From contig OZ024740.1 in assembly GCA_964016885.1 (NCBI GenBank), forward strand, positions 229,276,001-229,340,000: a stretch of 64,000 nucleotides of DNA, in the 5' to 3' direction. Below, piece after piece: positions 43,540 through 58,564 of the stretch. Every line of letters begins with the position of its first letter. Positions within the stretch are counted from its first letter, which is position 1. The notes under the pieces were generated by a model that had not been told where the DNA came from, did no database searches, and saw nothing but the letters and a program-made list of their open reading frames with translations. Origin of the DNA: Eledone cirrhosa (taxonomy: Eukaryota). Both the position numbers and the translations under genes were made by a program.

Positions 43540-45292
43540 GATATAACACCCGCAACCCTGATGGTATCTAATGATGTTGACTTGTTCTTCTTTTTGGTAA
43601 ATATCATCTTGGTTAAGAGAGTGGGACTGGCTTTGTGCAGTGCCTTTCCTCACTATAAAAGCTTCACGGCACAGGCATTGCTTTATATCTGGAGATCTCT
43701 CTGCCCTTGTCATCACATGGTACCATGGGCCCAGCACTATGTGTCAATAATTGTCACAAGTGTAGTGTTTGTACCAGAGTTTTCAAGTTGCTGGCTGGAC
43801 TAAAAAGTCACACTCGTTCAGTGCATCGGTAGGGGTTCTCCTACATGGATATAAAGTAGTGGCCGTACTCGAAAACGAGTTGGCAGCCACCATGTATGTA
43901 TGTATGTATGTATGTATGTATGTATGTATGTATGTATGTATGTATGTATGTATGTATGTATGTCAGGTCACCAGTTGGTGCTACTGGTAACATGTATCCC
44001 AGTACAACCTGTCTCATGGTCGGGTCGTTGGCGACTAAACTGGCAACCCCACCAAGGTTTCTTGGTGAGGAGGGTGACTTTGGACATCCTGCAGGACTAA
44101 AAACAAAATCTGTCAAAGGGTAAAGGAGCTCTTAAGAGTCAATGGCCATCCAAATTCACCGGGAGAGATGACCCCTTAGCCTTTGTCAAGGCAGAATTCT
44201 AGGAGAAGGAAAACTCTGATATAACACCTGCAACCCTGATGGTATCCAATGATGTTGACTTGTTCTTCTTTTTGGTAAATATCATCTTGGTTAAGAGAGT
44301 GGGACTGGCTTTGTGCAGTGCCTTTGCTCACTATAAAAGCTTCACGGCACAGGCATTGCTTTATATCTGGAGATCTCTCTGCCCTTGTCATCACATGGTA
44401 CCATGGGCCCAGCACTATGTGTCAATAATTGTCACAAGTGTAGTGTTTGTACCAGAGTTTTCAAGTTGCTGGCTGGACTAAAAAGTCACACTCGTTCAGT
44501 GCATCGGTAGGGGTTCTCCTACATGGATATAAAGTAGTGGCCGTACTCGAAAACGAGTTGGCAGCCACCATGTATGTATGTATGTATGTATGTATGTATG
44601 TATGTATGTATGTATGTATGTATGTATGTATGTCAGGTCACCAGTTGGTGCTACTGGTAACATGTATCCCAGTACAACCTGTCTCATGGTCGGGTCGTTG
44701 GCGACTAAACTGGCAACCCCACCAAGGTTTCTTGGTGAGGAGGGTGACTTTGGACATCCTGCAGGACTAAAATCAAAATCTGTCAAAGGGTAAAGGAGCT
44801 CTTAAGAGTCAATGGCCATCCAAATTCACCGGGAGAGATGACCCCTTAGCCTTTGTCAAGGCAGAATTCTAGAAGGAAAGCTCTGATATAACACCTGCAA
44901 CCCTGATGGTATCCAATGATGTTGACTTGTTCTTCTTTTTGGTAAATATCATCTTGGTTAAGAGAGTGGGACTGGCTTTGTGCAGTGCCTTTGCTCACTA
45001 TAAAAGCTTCACGGCACAGGCATTGCTTTATATCTGGAGATCTCTCTGCACTTGTCATCACATGGTACTATGGGCCCAGCACTATGTGTCACTAATTGTC
45101 ACAGGTGTAGTGTTTGTACCAGAGTTTTCAAGTCGTTCGGCGCATCGGTAGGGGTTCTCCTACATGGATATAAAGTAGTGGCCGTACTCGAAAACGAGTT
45201 GGCAGCCACCATGTATGTATGTATGTATGTATGTATGTATGTATGTATGTATGTATGTATGTATGTATGTATGTATGTATGTATGTATGTAT
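43540..45292 (+). mobile_element. Tandem array of three RTE-derived non-autonomous units separated by (TATG)n (43540-43892, 43963-44570, 44633-45210)
   Basis: Units near identical; RTE-5'UTR-like AGGAGAAGGAAAACTCTGAT; 3' part encodes C2H2 finger CSVCTRVFKLLAGLKSHTRSVHR*. Confidence 0.8.
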
Positions 45293-45321
45293 TATGAATT
45301 TATGTATGTATTGCATCATAT

Positions 45322-45460
45322 GTTCTTCTGGTTTTATAATTTCACAAATGTTTTCCAATAGAAAGAGAGTCGGTTTCCAACATAGTTACAAGACTCTCTC
45401 ATTGGAATTTACAGTGTTTATTCCTCTTATTTGTGTTCTAGATTAAAATGTTATTCTAGT
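45322..45460 (-). mobile_element. Second 3'-UTR fragment of the R4/Dong-like family next to (TATG)n
   Basis: TTCTTCTGGTTTTATAATTTCACAA..GACTCTCTCATTGGAATTTACAG shared with 38941-39029. Confidence 0.8.
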
Positions 45461-45477
45461 CTTAATTTGGTGGTAGC

Positions 45478-46000
45478 CTTAGCACATATTTGTGCATCAA
45501 TAGCCACGGCATATCGAGTACCCCTAGCATTAGGTATGGGCAACAGATAGACCGTCCTACCGGTGGGACATGAACCTTCTGTAAGACGTGGACGGTCAGA
45601 CGCTCCAATTTTGTCAAACGATGGCTGGGACTAGGTACGACAGTCACGGTAAATGACGACGGAGGGGATATAAGTATTCGCCACCTCAGCCCGACCTTTC
45701 AGAGATATCTTCTTTTCGGCCGTTCTGAGTGAGACCAGCCACTCTGCTAGTAACCACATCCTAGTTTCTATCGATCTGAAGGTCAGGACCGAACCAGACT
45801 GAAGCAGTTTAACCTATTCATTGGTCCTGCGCGCTATTGCACTGTCCCACAACGTGGATTTGCACCTCCATGTGCCTGGTCTTAAGAATGTCTGAAGAAG
45901 CTACAGGCACCACTTCTCTAACCAGACATAAATTTGGCGTCGTGACCTACGTTGACCTCCAGTGACCTCCGGTGCTCGCCGTCCACGGAATACCACATTT
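45478..46000 (-). pseudogene. Decayed L1/Tx1-like LINE ORF2 fragment
   Basis: ISLKGRAEVANTYIPSVVIYR and LDMPWLLMHKYVLRL, similar to GLPWLTMRKHALRL at about 54060-54100. Confidence 0.6.
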
Positions 46001-46794
46001 CTTTGCAATATCTTGAAGGGAACATCCCACCTGAGAAAAAAAAATCGATGCAGAGGGTATTGTTACTTGTTTTCTGCGACGATGCTTTCGCCATCTTGTC
46101 AGCGAGGTGCAGCTGAGATACACTGTCCCGACTCTAGACTATATCTCTCTATCATTTTTACGATCGAAGAGAACAACGTGTACGAATTCTAAAGAAACAA
46201 TTCAAAACAACCTGAGTTACTGCCCTTTTTTAATATGGATACGAATGTATATTAGCTCTTGCGGCCCGTCTGATGATGAGCCATATCTCATGCGGCCCGC
46301 TTCTCGAAAAAGGTTGCTCATGCCTGCTCTAGACTCTAGACTCTAGACATTGGTGTAGAGTCTGTCTGCATTCTTTCCCTTCCCCATTTTTCGTTATATT
46401 TTCTCTGTTCCTGTTTGTTACAACATAACACTAATACATTTATTTCTAAATTCATATAAATAAATAAATAAATGCTTCGAAACCCAAGAGAATAATTATA
46501 AGGGGTCTATTAAAGGGGATTTTATTTTAGCAAATGTTTTACTTCCTGTTGATTTCAATGGAAAGGAGCTGTGAGAAATAGAAAAAAAAAACGTTTTCTT
46601 TTTCTTTTCTTTGTTATTTATCTTTTATTTAATGGATTCAACGTAAAAGTTACATAAAATATAAATAAATCAAATTCTATCTCATAAACACAGATTTATG
46701 GTTGATAACATTAACCGACTGCAATGATCCGGATGAATCAAAAGAAAAGACTATTGATATTTATTCATTGCTACAATAATGATACTATAACAAC

Positions 46795-46804
46795 TAATAA
46801 TAAC

Positions 46805-46866
<62 letters not shown>

Positions 46867-46930
46867 GAAGAAGAAGAAGAAGAAGAAGAAGAACAACAAC
46901 AACAACAACAATAATGATAATAACAATCAT
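46795..46930. repeat. Compound trinucleotide microsatellite (AAT)n(AAG)n(AAC)n
   Basis: Direct reading. Confidence 0.95.
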
Positions 46931-47371
46931 AATCTACTATATGTAGTTTTCCACAGTGATTTTAACGGTAATTAATGTTAGTTTTGATTTTCTACAATTG
47001 GAAATGTGCTTCAACAAATCTGTTACGAATGGAAGAAACACAAACATAGAATTTAAAAAAAATGAAAAAAAAAAAACATGGAAAAATAATCGAAGGAGAG
47101 AAATCCTCACATTTTTCTTTGTTTCGTTTGTTTTTATATCTATTTTCCGATGTTTTTTAAAAGTATTTATCGTTGGTGATATCTTATTGTTGGGCTCAAC
47201 TCTATGGCTGTTTGTTAACATCATAAAGATGGTATTAGCCTTTTATATGTTCTTTTAATTCTATGGAGTAAATAAATAATTGAAAGAACTACTACCAAAT
47301 GGTACTTTGAAGGTTCTCTTCAATCTCTCTCTCTCTCTCCCTCTCTGTATGTGTGAGTGTGTGCAAGCGTA

Positions 47372-47419
<48 letters not shown>

Positions 47420-47483
47420 GACAGAGAGAGAGAAAGAGCGAGAGAGAGATTGAAGAGAACCTTCAAAGTACCATTTGGTTGTA

Positions 47484-47546
<63 letters not shown>

Positions 47547-47568
47547 ATGTGTCTGAGTGTGCGCAAGC

Positions 47569-47641
<73 letters not shown>

Positions 47642-47772
47642 CATACATGCATACATACATGCATTCATTCATACATAAATATATATATGTATATATATAT
47701 ATATATGAATGAATGTATGTATGTATGCATGTATGTATATGTATGAATGTATGTATCTCACTCCTCTCTCTG

Positions 47773-47882
<110 letters not shown>

Positions 47883-47928
47883 TATGGAATACTGTTGGCT
47901 TTTCGCTACAATGTTTTCTATACCTTTC

Positions 47929-48065
<137 letters not shown>

Positions 48066-48228
48066 CAGAAGGGATATTCAATTTGTTGGTAATTCAACAA
48101 ATATAAATGTTTACAACTGATTCAGAGCAATCGACAGATTTATGGAGTATAATATACAATGATATTAAATAAATGTAAACTATATTTATATGATTTTATA
48201 AATATAGTTTCCATTTATTTAATATCAT

Positions 48229-48302
<74 letters not shown>

Positions 48303-48323
48303 AGTGTGTGTGTGTGTATGTAT

Positions 48324-48365
48324 GTGTATTTGTTGTGCATATGTGTGTAAGTATATGCGCGTGTC

Positions 48366-48405
<40 letters not shown>

Positions 48406-48537
48406 AAAAGAGTCAGGACCCCGACGGCTGAGCTCGGGCCGTTTCGACAGCTAGATCCGAATTCATATATATATATGTATATATATATATACACACACAC
48501 AGACACGCGCATATACTTACACACATATGCACAACAA

Positions 48538-48545
<8 letters not shown>
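48324..48545. repeat. Inverted duplication (48324-48376 / 48489-48545) enclosing a family A arm (48402-48455)
   Basis: TATTTGTTGTGCATATGTGTGTAAGTATATGCGCGTGTCTG and its reverse complement. Confidence 0.8.
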
Positions 48546-48575
<30 letters not shown>

Positions 48576-49087
48576 ATACACATATATATATGTAAGTGTA
48601 TATGTGTGCGTATTACTTTTATTTATCTATTTCCAACACAAAGCATGTTATTTGCTGGCCTTGTGCCTAAAGGAGAAACAGTTATTTCACTACACATTCG
48701 CTATTTCTATTCACCAGTTTTTTATATACACTATAATAAACACTATATTTAAAAGAAGTGTTGAAGTCGAGTCACTTGATTTATATATATATGATTGTAT
48801 GTACTATAACAAGCGTAAAAGTAATATATTTCTACATTGTACTGTTTCGTTTGCTCTGTTATTCCTGTTTGCCTTTTGCAGACACACACATACACACTCT
48901 CACACACACACACACACACATATATATTTGTGTGTGTTACGTTATATTGGAATTTACCAATATATGTCCTGATAAAGATTATAGAAGCTCAACGCTAATC
49001 CGTATCCTTGGTCGATCAGTAATCTAAAAGGCTGGATGATTTTCAACTTCCGTGGATTACGTTATGAACTGTTATGTTGAATAATAA

Positions 49088-49857
49088 AATAACTGTTTCT
49101 ACTTTTGGCACAAGGCCAGCAATTACCCAGTAGATTACTGGTACTTTATTTTATCGACCCCATAAGGATGAAAGGCAAAGTTAACCTCGGCGGGATTTGA
49201 ACTCAGAATGGCAAGGGCCGTAACTCTATACATCAAAGCATGGCGTCCAACCCTCTACCGATACTGCCAATTCACCGCCCTTGAATAATAAAATAACAAT
49301 GAATAACCAGTTAAGATTTACAACATTATTTTAGCCTACGAACGTTTCAATGAAGGAGGGCGGGCTGTACCTCAATATATATATACTGGGGACTGGTCCA
49401 CTGTTCTACATATTCTCTGCTTTTCTGTGTCTATGGAAGCACCTAACCGGTGATTTTTATAAATTTTTTTTTTATAAAAAACCGCTTAATGCTTTAGCCT
49501 GGTCACAACCTCCTTTCACAAGCTCCTTTGCTATGTGCTGGATATATATTTTAAATATAACATTTATATAATCCAAATCATACACTAGAGTACTGAATTT
49601 TTATTTCTTTATTTCACTGCTTCTTCTGTTTTTATGCACACGTTTCGTCACTTTATAATGTAATAACTGTTTCTACTTTAGGCACAAGGCCAGCAATTAC
49701 CCAGTACATTACTGGTACCTTATTTTATCGACCCCGTAAGGATGAAAGGAAAGGCAAAGTTAACCTCGGCGGGATTTGAACTCAGACTGTAGAGGGACGT
49801 AACTATGCTAGAAAGCATGGCGTCCAACCCTCTACCGATACTGCCAATTCACCGCCC
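49088..49857 (-). mobile_element. Two full MESC/Meta SINE copies (49088-49282, 49662-49857)
   Basis: Reverse-strand full motif set; first copy flanked by TTGAATAATAAAATAAC duplication. Confidence 0.9.
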
Positions 49858-50027
49858 TGACATGATGTTTTTTTTTGTTTTATGAGTCTGGCCTGTATTA
49901 TAATGTCACCTTTTGCTTGTTTATATTTGAATGATTACAACAACATCTATGCTCCTGGGGATATGTAGAGCAACGGACTGGTCTACAGTGTATCTATTGA
50001 GGTACAGACCACCCTTATGTTATTTTA

Positions 50028-50078
<51 letters not shown>

Positions 50079-50409
50079 AAACGGCGGACAACAGAGGCCG
50101 CGTACCGTTCCACTCCGACTAAAAACTTTCCCCTTCGGAAAACCCCCAGTTGATGGATGTGAAATCCGAAATATAGGGACAATTGAATCTCTTCCAAGGT
50201 AACTCTATCTCGTGTTATTATTTTTACGCTCTTTCCTACGTTCCTCAACACCCTATACGTCTCATTCTACATTTCCTCTTACATCTCTCTCTTCACCACC
50301 GGATTCTGTTACCCGGAGATTTACCCATCTGCATTGTTGAGGCTTCCAAAACGACCAATTTTTTTTTTATTATTCCACAATACTTCAAGCAAACTTCAAT
50401 ACTCTCTTA

Positions 50410-50509
<100 letters not shown>

Positions 50510-50575
50510 TAATTAGTAGTGTTGGATGCTTAAAGCGTCCGTATGCAGTAGGCTGTTTGAGCACTCGATATCTCT

Positions 50576-50950
<375 letters not shown>

Positions 50951-50952
<2 letters not shown>

Positions 50953-51965
50953 CTCGACAGAGCTGTTATGCTAGAGAATGGGGCGCAGGTGGCAAATAGT
51001 GATACGGCCACCAGATATGATGGTTAGTTGCGATAAAAGCGGACAACTGCCGGACGAATAAGCAACGCCAGACCAACAGCAATAAACTACTAGAAGAGAT
51101 GTAGCAATGGGTGACACCTGTAGCTCTCAAGAAAACTCTTACAACCCAGTGACGTAGCTACGATGAGGCGAGTAAAGGCCGCCTCTAAACAAGCCTAGTC
51201 TTGGGTTTGACAACGTACTAGATTTGACTGGTGCAAATAAGACCACCAAAACTGCAACATGGTAAGAGGAACGAAAAAGAACCATACCCCATCGTCCTTC
51301 GCGCGGGATAACAAGGGACTTGTTCAGGCCATAGGTAGAGGTGCTTGTTCGAAAAATATATAGCCTGGGAGGCGTGGGATGGACGCACAAAGATTGCATA
51401 TCCCGAGATCCTAAAGAGGGTTCGGAAGAGAGCAAACAATGACAATTGGAACCTGGAACTTCACAATCCTTACAGGTAAGGAGCAGGAACTAGTGGAGGA
51501 AGCTAGATGCTATCGGCTAGATATAGTCGGGGTTTCCTAAACAACGTTCTGTAGATTTTGATGGAAGATGTAATCTCCACTATTCAGGTGTGGCGCCAGA
51601 AATGATTGAACAGGCGGGAGTAGGGATACTCACAAGACCCCGGCTGTTAGAATGTGTTATGGACTGGATCGCATTAGGAGGGAGGACTTGCCCCTTGAAG
51701 CTTAGACTGAAAGATACGTTTCTGTGGAGGTTTATGCACCAAACAAGGAATCCGAATATAGATCCTTCCTTGATGAAGTCACTGTAGCGTTAGATGTAGT
51801 TAAGACTGAGTCATATATCCTGATGGGAGACCTCAATGCACATGATGGCATTGACCATCTGACATGGAAAGGAGTAATTGGAAGGAACGGCAACCCCGAT
51901 CTACATACGAATAGAGAGGCCTTATTAGACTTTTGTTCTAGCAATGACCCTCTCAGGAATAAGTG
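50951..51965 (+). mobile_element. RTE-like LINE 5' portion (5' UTR plus decayed AP endonuclease)
   Basis: IGTWN, AGVGIL, VYAP, ILMGDLNAH and LLDFC motifs with frameshifts. Confidence 0.75.
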
Positions 51966-51982
51966 AGCGAAAAAGAATAAGA

Positions 51983-52018
<36 letters not shown>

Positions 52019-52322
52019 TTATAAACGTTTGAATATGTATAATAAAGCCAAAACAATGCTGGTACGGACATAGAAAAAAGAATGCAATTGCAAAAGATAT
52101 TGTTGACAAATCGTCTTTTACCTTAGATTTATTTAAATGTCCTTAATTTTCGAGATAATATCTCTTCTTCAGAGGGAAATAAATGTCTCAAACCAGCCTT
52201 CTAAATATCTTGCCAAGCCATGCTGACAGCATGTCCGTACCAGCATTGTTTTGGCTTTATTATACATACTCAAACGTTTATACCTCATTACACAATGCTT
52301 CAAGTGAACTATAACCTCCTCC
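52019..52322 (+). mobile_element. Inverted-arm plus tail element (arms 52019-52070 / 52231-52281)
   Basis: ATAATAAAGCCAAAACAATGCTGGTACGGACAT and its reverse complement; (TA)n flanks. Confidence 0.6.
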
Positions 52323-52337
52323 ATATATATATATATA

Positions 52338-52418
52338 CAAGGTGTTCCCAAAAGAATGCATACACATATATTGATTAGAATGCTGTTGAAGTGTGTATAC
52401 ATTTTTGGGGGCATCCTG
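52338..52418. mobile_element. Tiny Tc1/mariner-type MITE
   Basis: TA|CAAGGTGTTCCCAAAA .. TTTTGGGGGCATCCTG|TA. Confidence 0.55.
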
Positions 52419-52964
52419 TATATATGTTTATCATCATTCCCTGTCCCCACCTATGGCAGATTGTGCACTAACATAACTTAGTTCCGTCCAAAGATTCATA
52501 TTTTATATGTATTCGTTTAATTGACAACAATTTAACCAGACCATTTATAGAACATTTATTAATGTTGTTAATGTACATAATCTATATTGTAACCTTGTAT
52601 CTAACTTTTCAAGGTTACAGTATAGAATATATATGTATATAAATAAAATGCATGTGTTAGAGAGCAGTAGCAATACAATAGATTAACTGACGTGAAACTC
52701 GAGCTTATGTTATATAGATTATATACATATATAATAGGGTTACTTCCATCAGAGATCAACACAATAATTGAAATGGCACGAAGGAGAAGTTTGATAAAGC
52801 TCAATGATGATAAAGAACACAATAGTAAAACTGTATATGACTTTAAAGTTACGTTCATGGCAAGATATTGTTGCAAATAAAGACATTAGGCCAATCCATT
52901 TAAAATCAGAAAATTGTTGAATATACAAATACCATAAAAAATATTTGATGTTTGTTGTAAATAG

Positions 52965-54183
52965 ATATGTTTCTTTATTAGCCACAGGGGCACAAAAGAA
53001 GGGGACAAATACAAAGGGGGAAGTTTACATACAATAAAAACGTGTAAAATACTATCACAAATGCAATTTAAAAATTAATCGATTTTCCCCAATAGGGGAG
53101 ACATTACATATGGGTAACATATACACCCGAAAAAATGTGCAACCCTCATCTCCAGGAGTACGAAGAGTGAGCACCTCTTTCCTCTCTTCCTCTTTTTCCT
53201 CAACCTACAAGCTGATATAGAGAGAAGGCCCATTCACTCGGGCCATTCTCGCCCCTTTCATCCAACGTTCATAAAACTTGCTGGGGTACAGCACCTCTCT
53301 CTCCATCCTAATTCTTCTTCCAAAGTGGTATTTGAAAAAAAGAATCAGTTGTTGGCCGGAGAGAAAGGTGTCTGACCTCAGCCCTTTTAACCTCGTCCAC
53401 CATACAATCTCTTTCGCCATAGCTATCACACAAAGGAAAACCGCCTCTCCTTCGTTTTTGAAGGAGGGTGGCGGTTTGATCATGACAATGGACTCGGTGG
53501 TCAACCGGATTGGTCCCACCCGTGACAATAGTCGTTCTAGATAGCTCCACAGATCGGTAACGCCCGGGCAGTGTACGAATGCGTGCGCGACGGTTTCTTC
53601 GTCTCGCACGCATCTCGGACAGATCTTTTTCGAAGGGTCTCTGCCCGAGCGCCCGTGTCTGTAGAGCTTGTCTCGAACTGGTAGAGCTCCTCGGTAGCAC
53701 TGCCAGGCCAGGGACTTTTGGAAGTTGTCCCTCGGTCCCGGGCGGAAGGTCCTACCGAACAGACTGGCCAGTTCGTCTTCCTCTACGCCTAGAGTTTCTC
53801 CGAGCGCGTCGTCGCACTTTCTGCGGACCAACCCTCTATAGAATGATGGAGTGGAGTCTCCACTGATCGCCGGGTCCGCCTGCCAGAGGGCTGTGAGCGC
53901 CTGAGTACATTCGATGTGCCAGTCGCCCATTTTCCTCGGTCTTTGCTTGACCCAGGACTGCAGCTTGCTCAGCGAGACGAGTCGTGGGAAGGCTCGCCTC
54001 ACGAACGGGGCCCACACCGGTTGTCCGGTAAGGAATACGTGGAGGTGCCGCAGCCTGAGCGCGTGTTTGCGCATCGTCAGCCACGGCAACCCAGCCCTCC
54101 GTTTGAAGGGTGTTGGCAGCAGATGGATCTTCTCACCAAAGGAGCCCGCTTCTTCGAAAGGAATTGGAAGAGCGCGCGCTCTA
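52965..54183 (-). mobile_element. L1/Tx1-like LINE 3' fragment with open ORF2 C-terminus (53205-54180)
   Basis: LAWQCYRGALPV..CPRC..ETVAHAFVHC zinc-knuckle region; GC-rich versus host. Confidence 0.8.
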
Positions 54184-54207
54184 TGTATATATATATATAT
54201 ATATATG

Positions 54208-54614
54208 TAGGAGGTTAGTTTTATTGTAGTACAATAAAGCAATGCAGATATCGGATAAGAAGCACTCTACAGTTTGTAGGACTGGAGTATACATAATATA
54301 TAAGATCAAAATATGGTTAAATGAGTTCCGTGTATTTTATTATGCGCATTTCAAAAACAAATATCATCATGCAATAACATTTGTGTTTTCATCAGATCAA
54401 ATAGGAGGACATGATATGAAGGTTAAAAAAACACTTGTGGATAGTGCAGTTTTGATATGTTGATTTAAAACTGCACTATCCACAAGTGTTTTTTAACCTT
54501 CATATCATGTCCTCCTATTTTATCTGATGAAAACACAAATGTTATTGCATGATGATATTTGTTTTTGAAATGTGCATAATAAATTACATGGAACTCATTT
54601 AACCATCTTTTGAT

Positions 54615-54620
<6 letters not shown>
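54208..54620 (-). mobile_element. Family G element: tail, minus part (54299-54452) and inverted arm (54456-54620); hammerheads at 54335-54401 (-) and 54518-54584 (+)
   Basis: About 155-bp inverted arms; homologous to 7530-7740. Confidence 0.82.
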
Positions 54621-54649
<29 letters not shown>

Positions 54650-55397
54650 TTACATAAATTTGAGTATGTGTTGGTTGCTTACCGACGCTCTTCAGTATGC
54701 AGGTTTGAGCACTCAACGAAGTGGGCAGGTGAGTCTGTTTCCTCTGGAGTAATTTAATGCAAGAAGTGTAAGTCAACAGGTTAAAATTAACTTCGTTTAT
54801 TCATATTCGCTGCAATATATATTTTGGTGATAACCATAATTCAACAGTGTACGGTGTGGTCCGAGCTTTGAGGTAGACTAATCTTCGTCAAGTAGCCTTG
54901 GTCAGGGATGGTAGTCGTTCTAAGTTGATGTCAGGGCCTCTGTACTCCATTACACAACAAAGAGCGTTCGACTGATAAAGGAGATGTATTCATTTATGTT
55001 TAGTGGTTCACCACTGGATAGAACCGGTTATTCTGTTTAGTTAATTATGATGTATTAGTAGGAAAAGCACTCTATGTTTCGCAACTCATCCATCGTTGAT
55101 GTTATAGCATCATTGCAACGACCGATGTATTGATTTGGATATCACCTGCTGACTACATGCAATTGCCCTATTGCGTAATATCTGCTGATAATACGCAATT
55201 CTCTGCACATTACAGTTTTAATAACAATAGCTGTGAAGAATATTGCACAGAAACGGAAACTGCACTTGCTATTAACTAATATGTCGCATTCTACTCACCG
55301 AAATACAGTTTTACTATTGCAGCTTTCTTGATTCACTGAGTAAGCGAGCCATGGCTGAAGATCGCTGAAAAAATAACATCAGTGAATTTCGTAAACC

Positions 55398-55455
<58 letters not shown>

Positions 55456-56007
55456 GTAGTTTGATATATATATATATAAATATATATATATATATGGTAG
55501 TTGTATAATGGTTCTTAAGACGGGGTTAAATCACCATAATTGTTTATTGCATTGTATATGGTTATTCATGTGACTTTATCAAATACTTACGCAATCATAG
55601 GTGCAGTTATGCAATCATTGTGTTATGCCGGTGGCCATGCACATCCATCCCGTGGGGAAGTAGATCGGGCATTATTATTTTTATTTCTTTAACAAAGAAA
55701 AGGTGTAAACCTGCAAGAACTAACATTGTCAATAACTGTATTTACAAATTACTTTTACTGTAATAGTTACTATTATAGAATAAAATACTTACTACACGGT
55801 TGAATAAGCATTTTAAAGTATTTCCTCTCCCCTTCATAACATCTGGTTTAACTAGTTGTTAAAACGGCAACAGCTCAGCCGTTTGGTCCCGACTCTTTAT
55901 AATATATATATTAATTCTACATCTCAATTCTACTTTTGAAAAGCATAAAGGACTGTGAAACCGGTAAAGGAAATAAATAAGTATTCTTAAAAAGACTCCA
56001 GTTGCAT

Positions 56008-56090
<83 letters not shown>

Positions 56091-57581
56091 AAGAGTTTGA
56101 ATTTATATATGTGTATATATAATCCATGTTACGGTAAACAAAATATGTAATTTCTTTATTACAACATTTTATATAAAGATAGTTGACTTTTGGAGTTTCT
56201 TTGACCTTCTTTCTGTTGTTACTCTGGCCTTCGCCATCTTTTATTTCTCATTTACATTCGCTTAAATGAATTACAATACTTTTCTTCAATATTTTCTTTA
56301 ATCATATATGCACTAAATGCTGATGATTCTGTACCAGCTCCCACCCCTCTCTCTATTTATATAGTTTTTCTGAAGAAAACGGTCGATTTAAGAAGAATTT
56401 GAAGATTCGAAACATGTATCGACATAACCACCACCATGCTAGTCGATATAGCGATCTTTCACGATCAATCACCCCTCTGAAACGATCGTAAAACAATGAT
56501 CTAATTAACTACATATCTCTGACTTTTGTTTTGTTTTCATTGTTCTATACTCACACACACACGCGCGCGCACGCACACACGCACACACACACACACACAC
56601 ACCACACACACCACACACACCACACACACCACACACACACACACCACACACACACACACACATGTTTAAATTTACCTATATCCATCTGGAAAAAATGGTA
56701 TATATGTACGCTTACAAACACAAATAAACACAACCAGAAAAAAAATAATTTAAAGATATAAATAGGAAGACAAGATTAAGAGGGAACAGGGATGACATTG
56801 GTACAATGTTCTACAATATATAGAACTAGATTATCGTTATGTATGTTTTCTGAATCTCATTATTCCAAACAATAAATTAGTAACACAGAGGATATAATGT
56901 CAAGTATATGTATGTTTGTTTCAAATACGCAGGATAAAATCCATCGGTTTAAAACTGTACATGCACTGCTTGCATGAAGGGATGAGATCTGAATTTCTAT
57001 TTAATAAAGCGCCATTAGCGAATAGTATTCCATACTTCTCTAATGTAGGGTTTTTTTTTTTTATTGCAGTTAACCTCTAGCTATTAGAGTTATTCTGTTA
57101 ATGCAGTAGTAAACATTTTATTATCATGTTTAAATTGAAAATTATGTTGGTTGTATGTTTTTTATTAATCGTTTAAACACAAATGATACATACCTTACAA
57201 GCCCCAAATCTCTAGCGAAAGAGCGAAGAACGTAAATAATAGATTTCTGGGACATGCAAAGTATATATTATTCAAATTTAATCGATTCTGAGGTGTCTAT
57301 TCTAATAAGAATTATATATTCTTGTCAGTTTAACGTAACGTTCGTAAATCAATGAAATGCTTTAATTTAAAATCCTTGTTAATCTTTATACATATATATG
57401 CTGTGAGAATGTAAAACTACTGTGATTGGAAATTTAACGATTGGATTAATCTCTGAACTGTTTTGTTTTACCTATCTTGCTGTTGATTATACAATCACAT
57501 TCAGCTTTAAAAATGTTCTTGGCCTTTATATGATGGTATCATCAACTCACTTAAGCATATATATATATATATATATATATA

Positions 57582-58149
<568 letters not shown>

Positions 58150-58373
58150 CGTGTGTGTGTGCGTGTGCGTGTGTTTGCGTGTGTGTGTATTGGACAACGA
58201 AATTCAAACAAAAGTTGACGATAGATTCTGAATGAGTTCATTGTTTTACGATCATTTCAGATGGTTGATTAACCATAGTAAATCGATATATTAGACTAAT
58301 ATATGGGAGTTTTGTCACCACCAATATCTAATTGCGATATCCTAGATCCATCTCACTGTCTTTTTCAGAAAGA

Positions 58374-58414
<41 letters not shown>

Positions 58415-58471
58415 AATTTAAGTTATCAAAACATCAATTATGCTTGTTATTTGAGCCATAATAATTCAAAT

Positions 58472-58564
<93 letters not shown>

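Noticed and set aside
47164-47231. Possible hydrophobic exon (FIVGDILLLGSTLWLFVNIIKM)
   Set aside because: Weak donor; AT-rich DNA yields such peptides by chance
50144-50178. Degenerate hammerhead CCC-CAGTTGA-T-GGA..TCC-GAAATATA-GGG
   Set aside because: Two substitutions in the catalytic box; single copy, cannot be supported
52738-52880. Possible terminal exon GLLPSEINTIIEMARRRSLIK..YCCK*
   Set aside because: Short, no motif recognised, weak acceptor, lies among TE fragments
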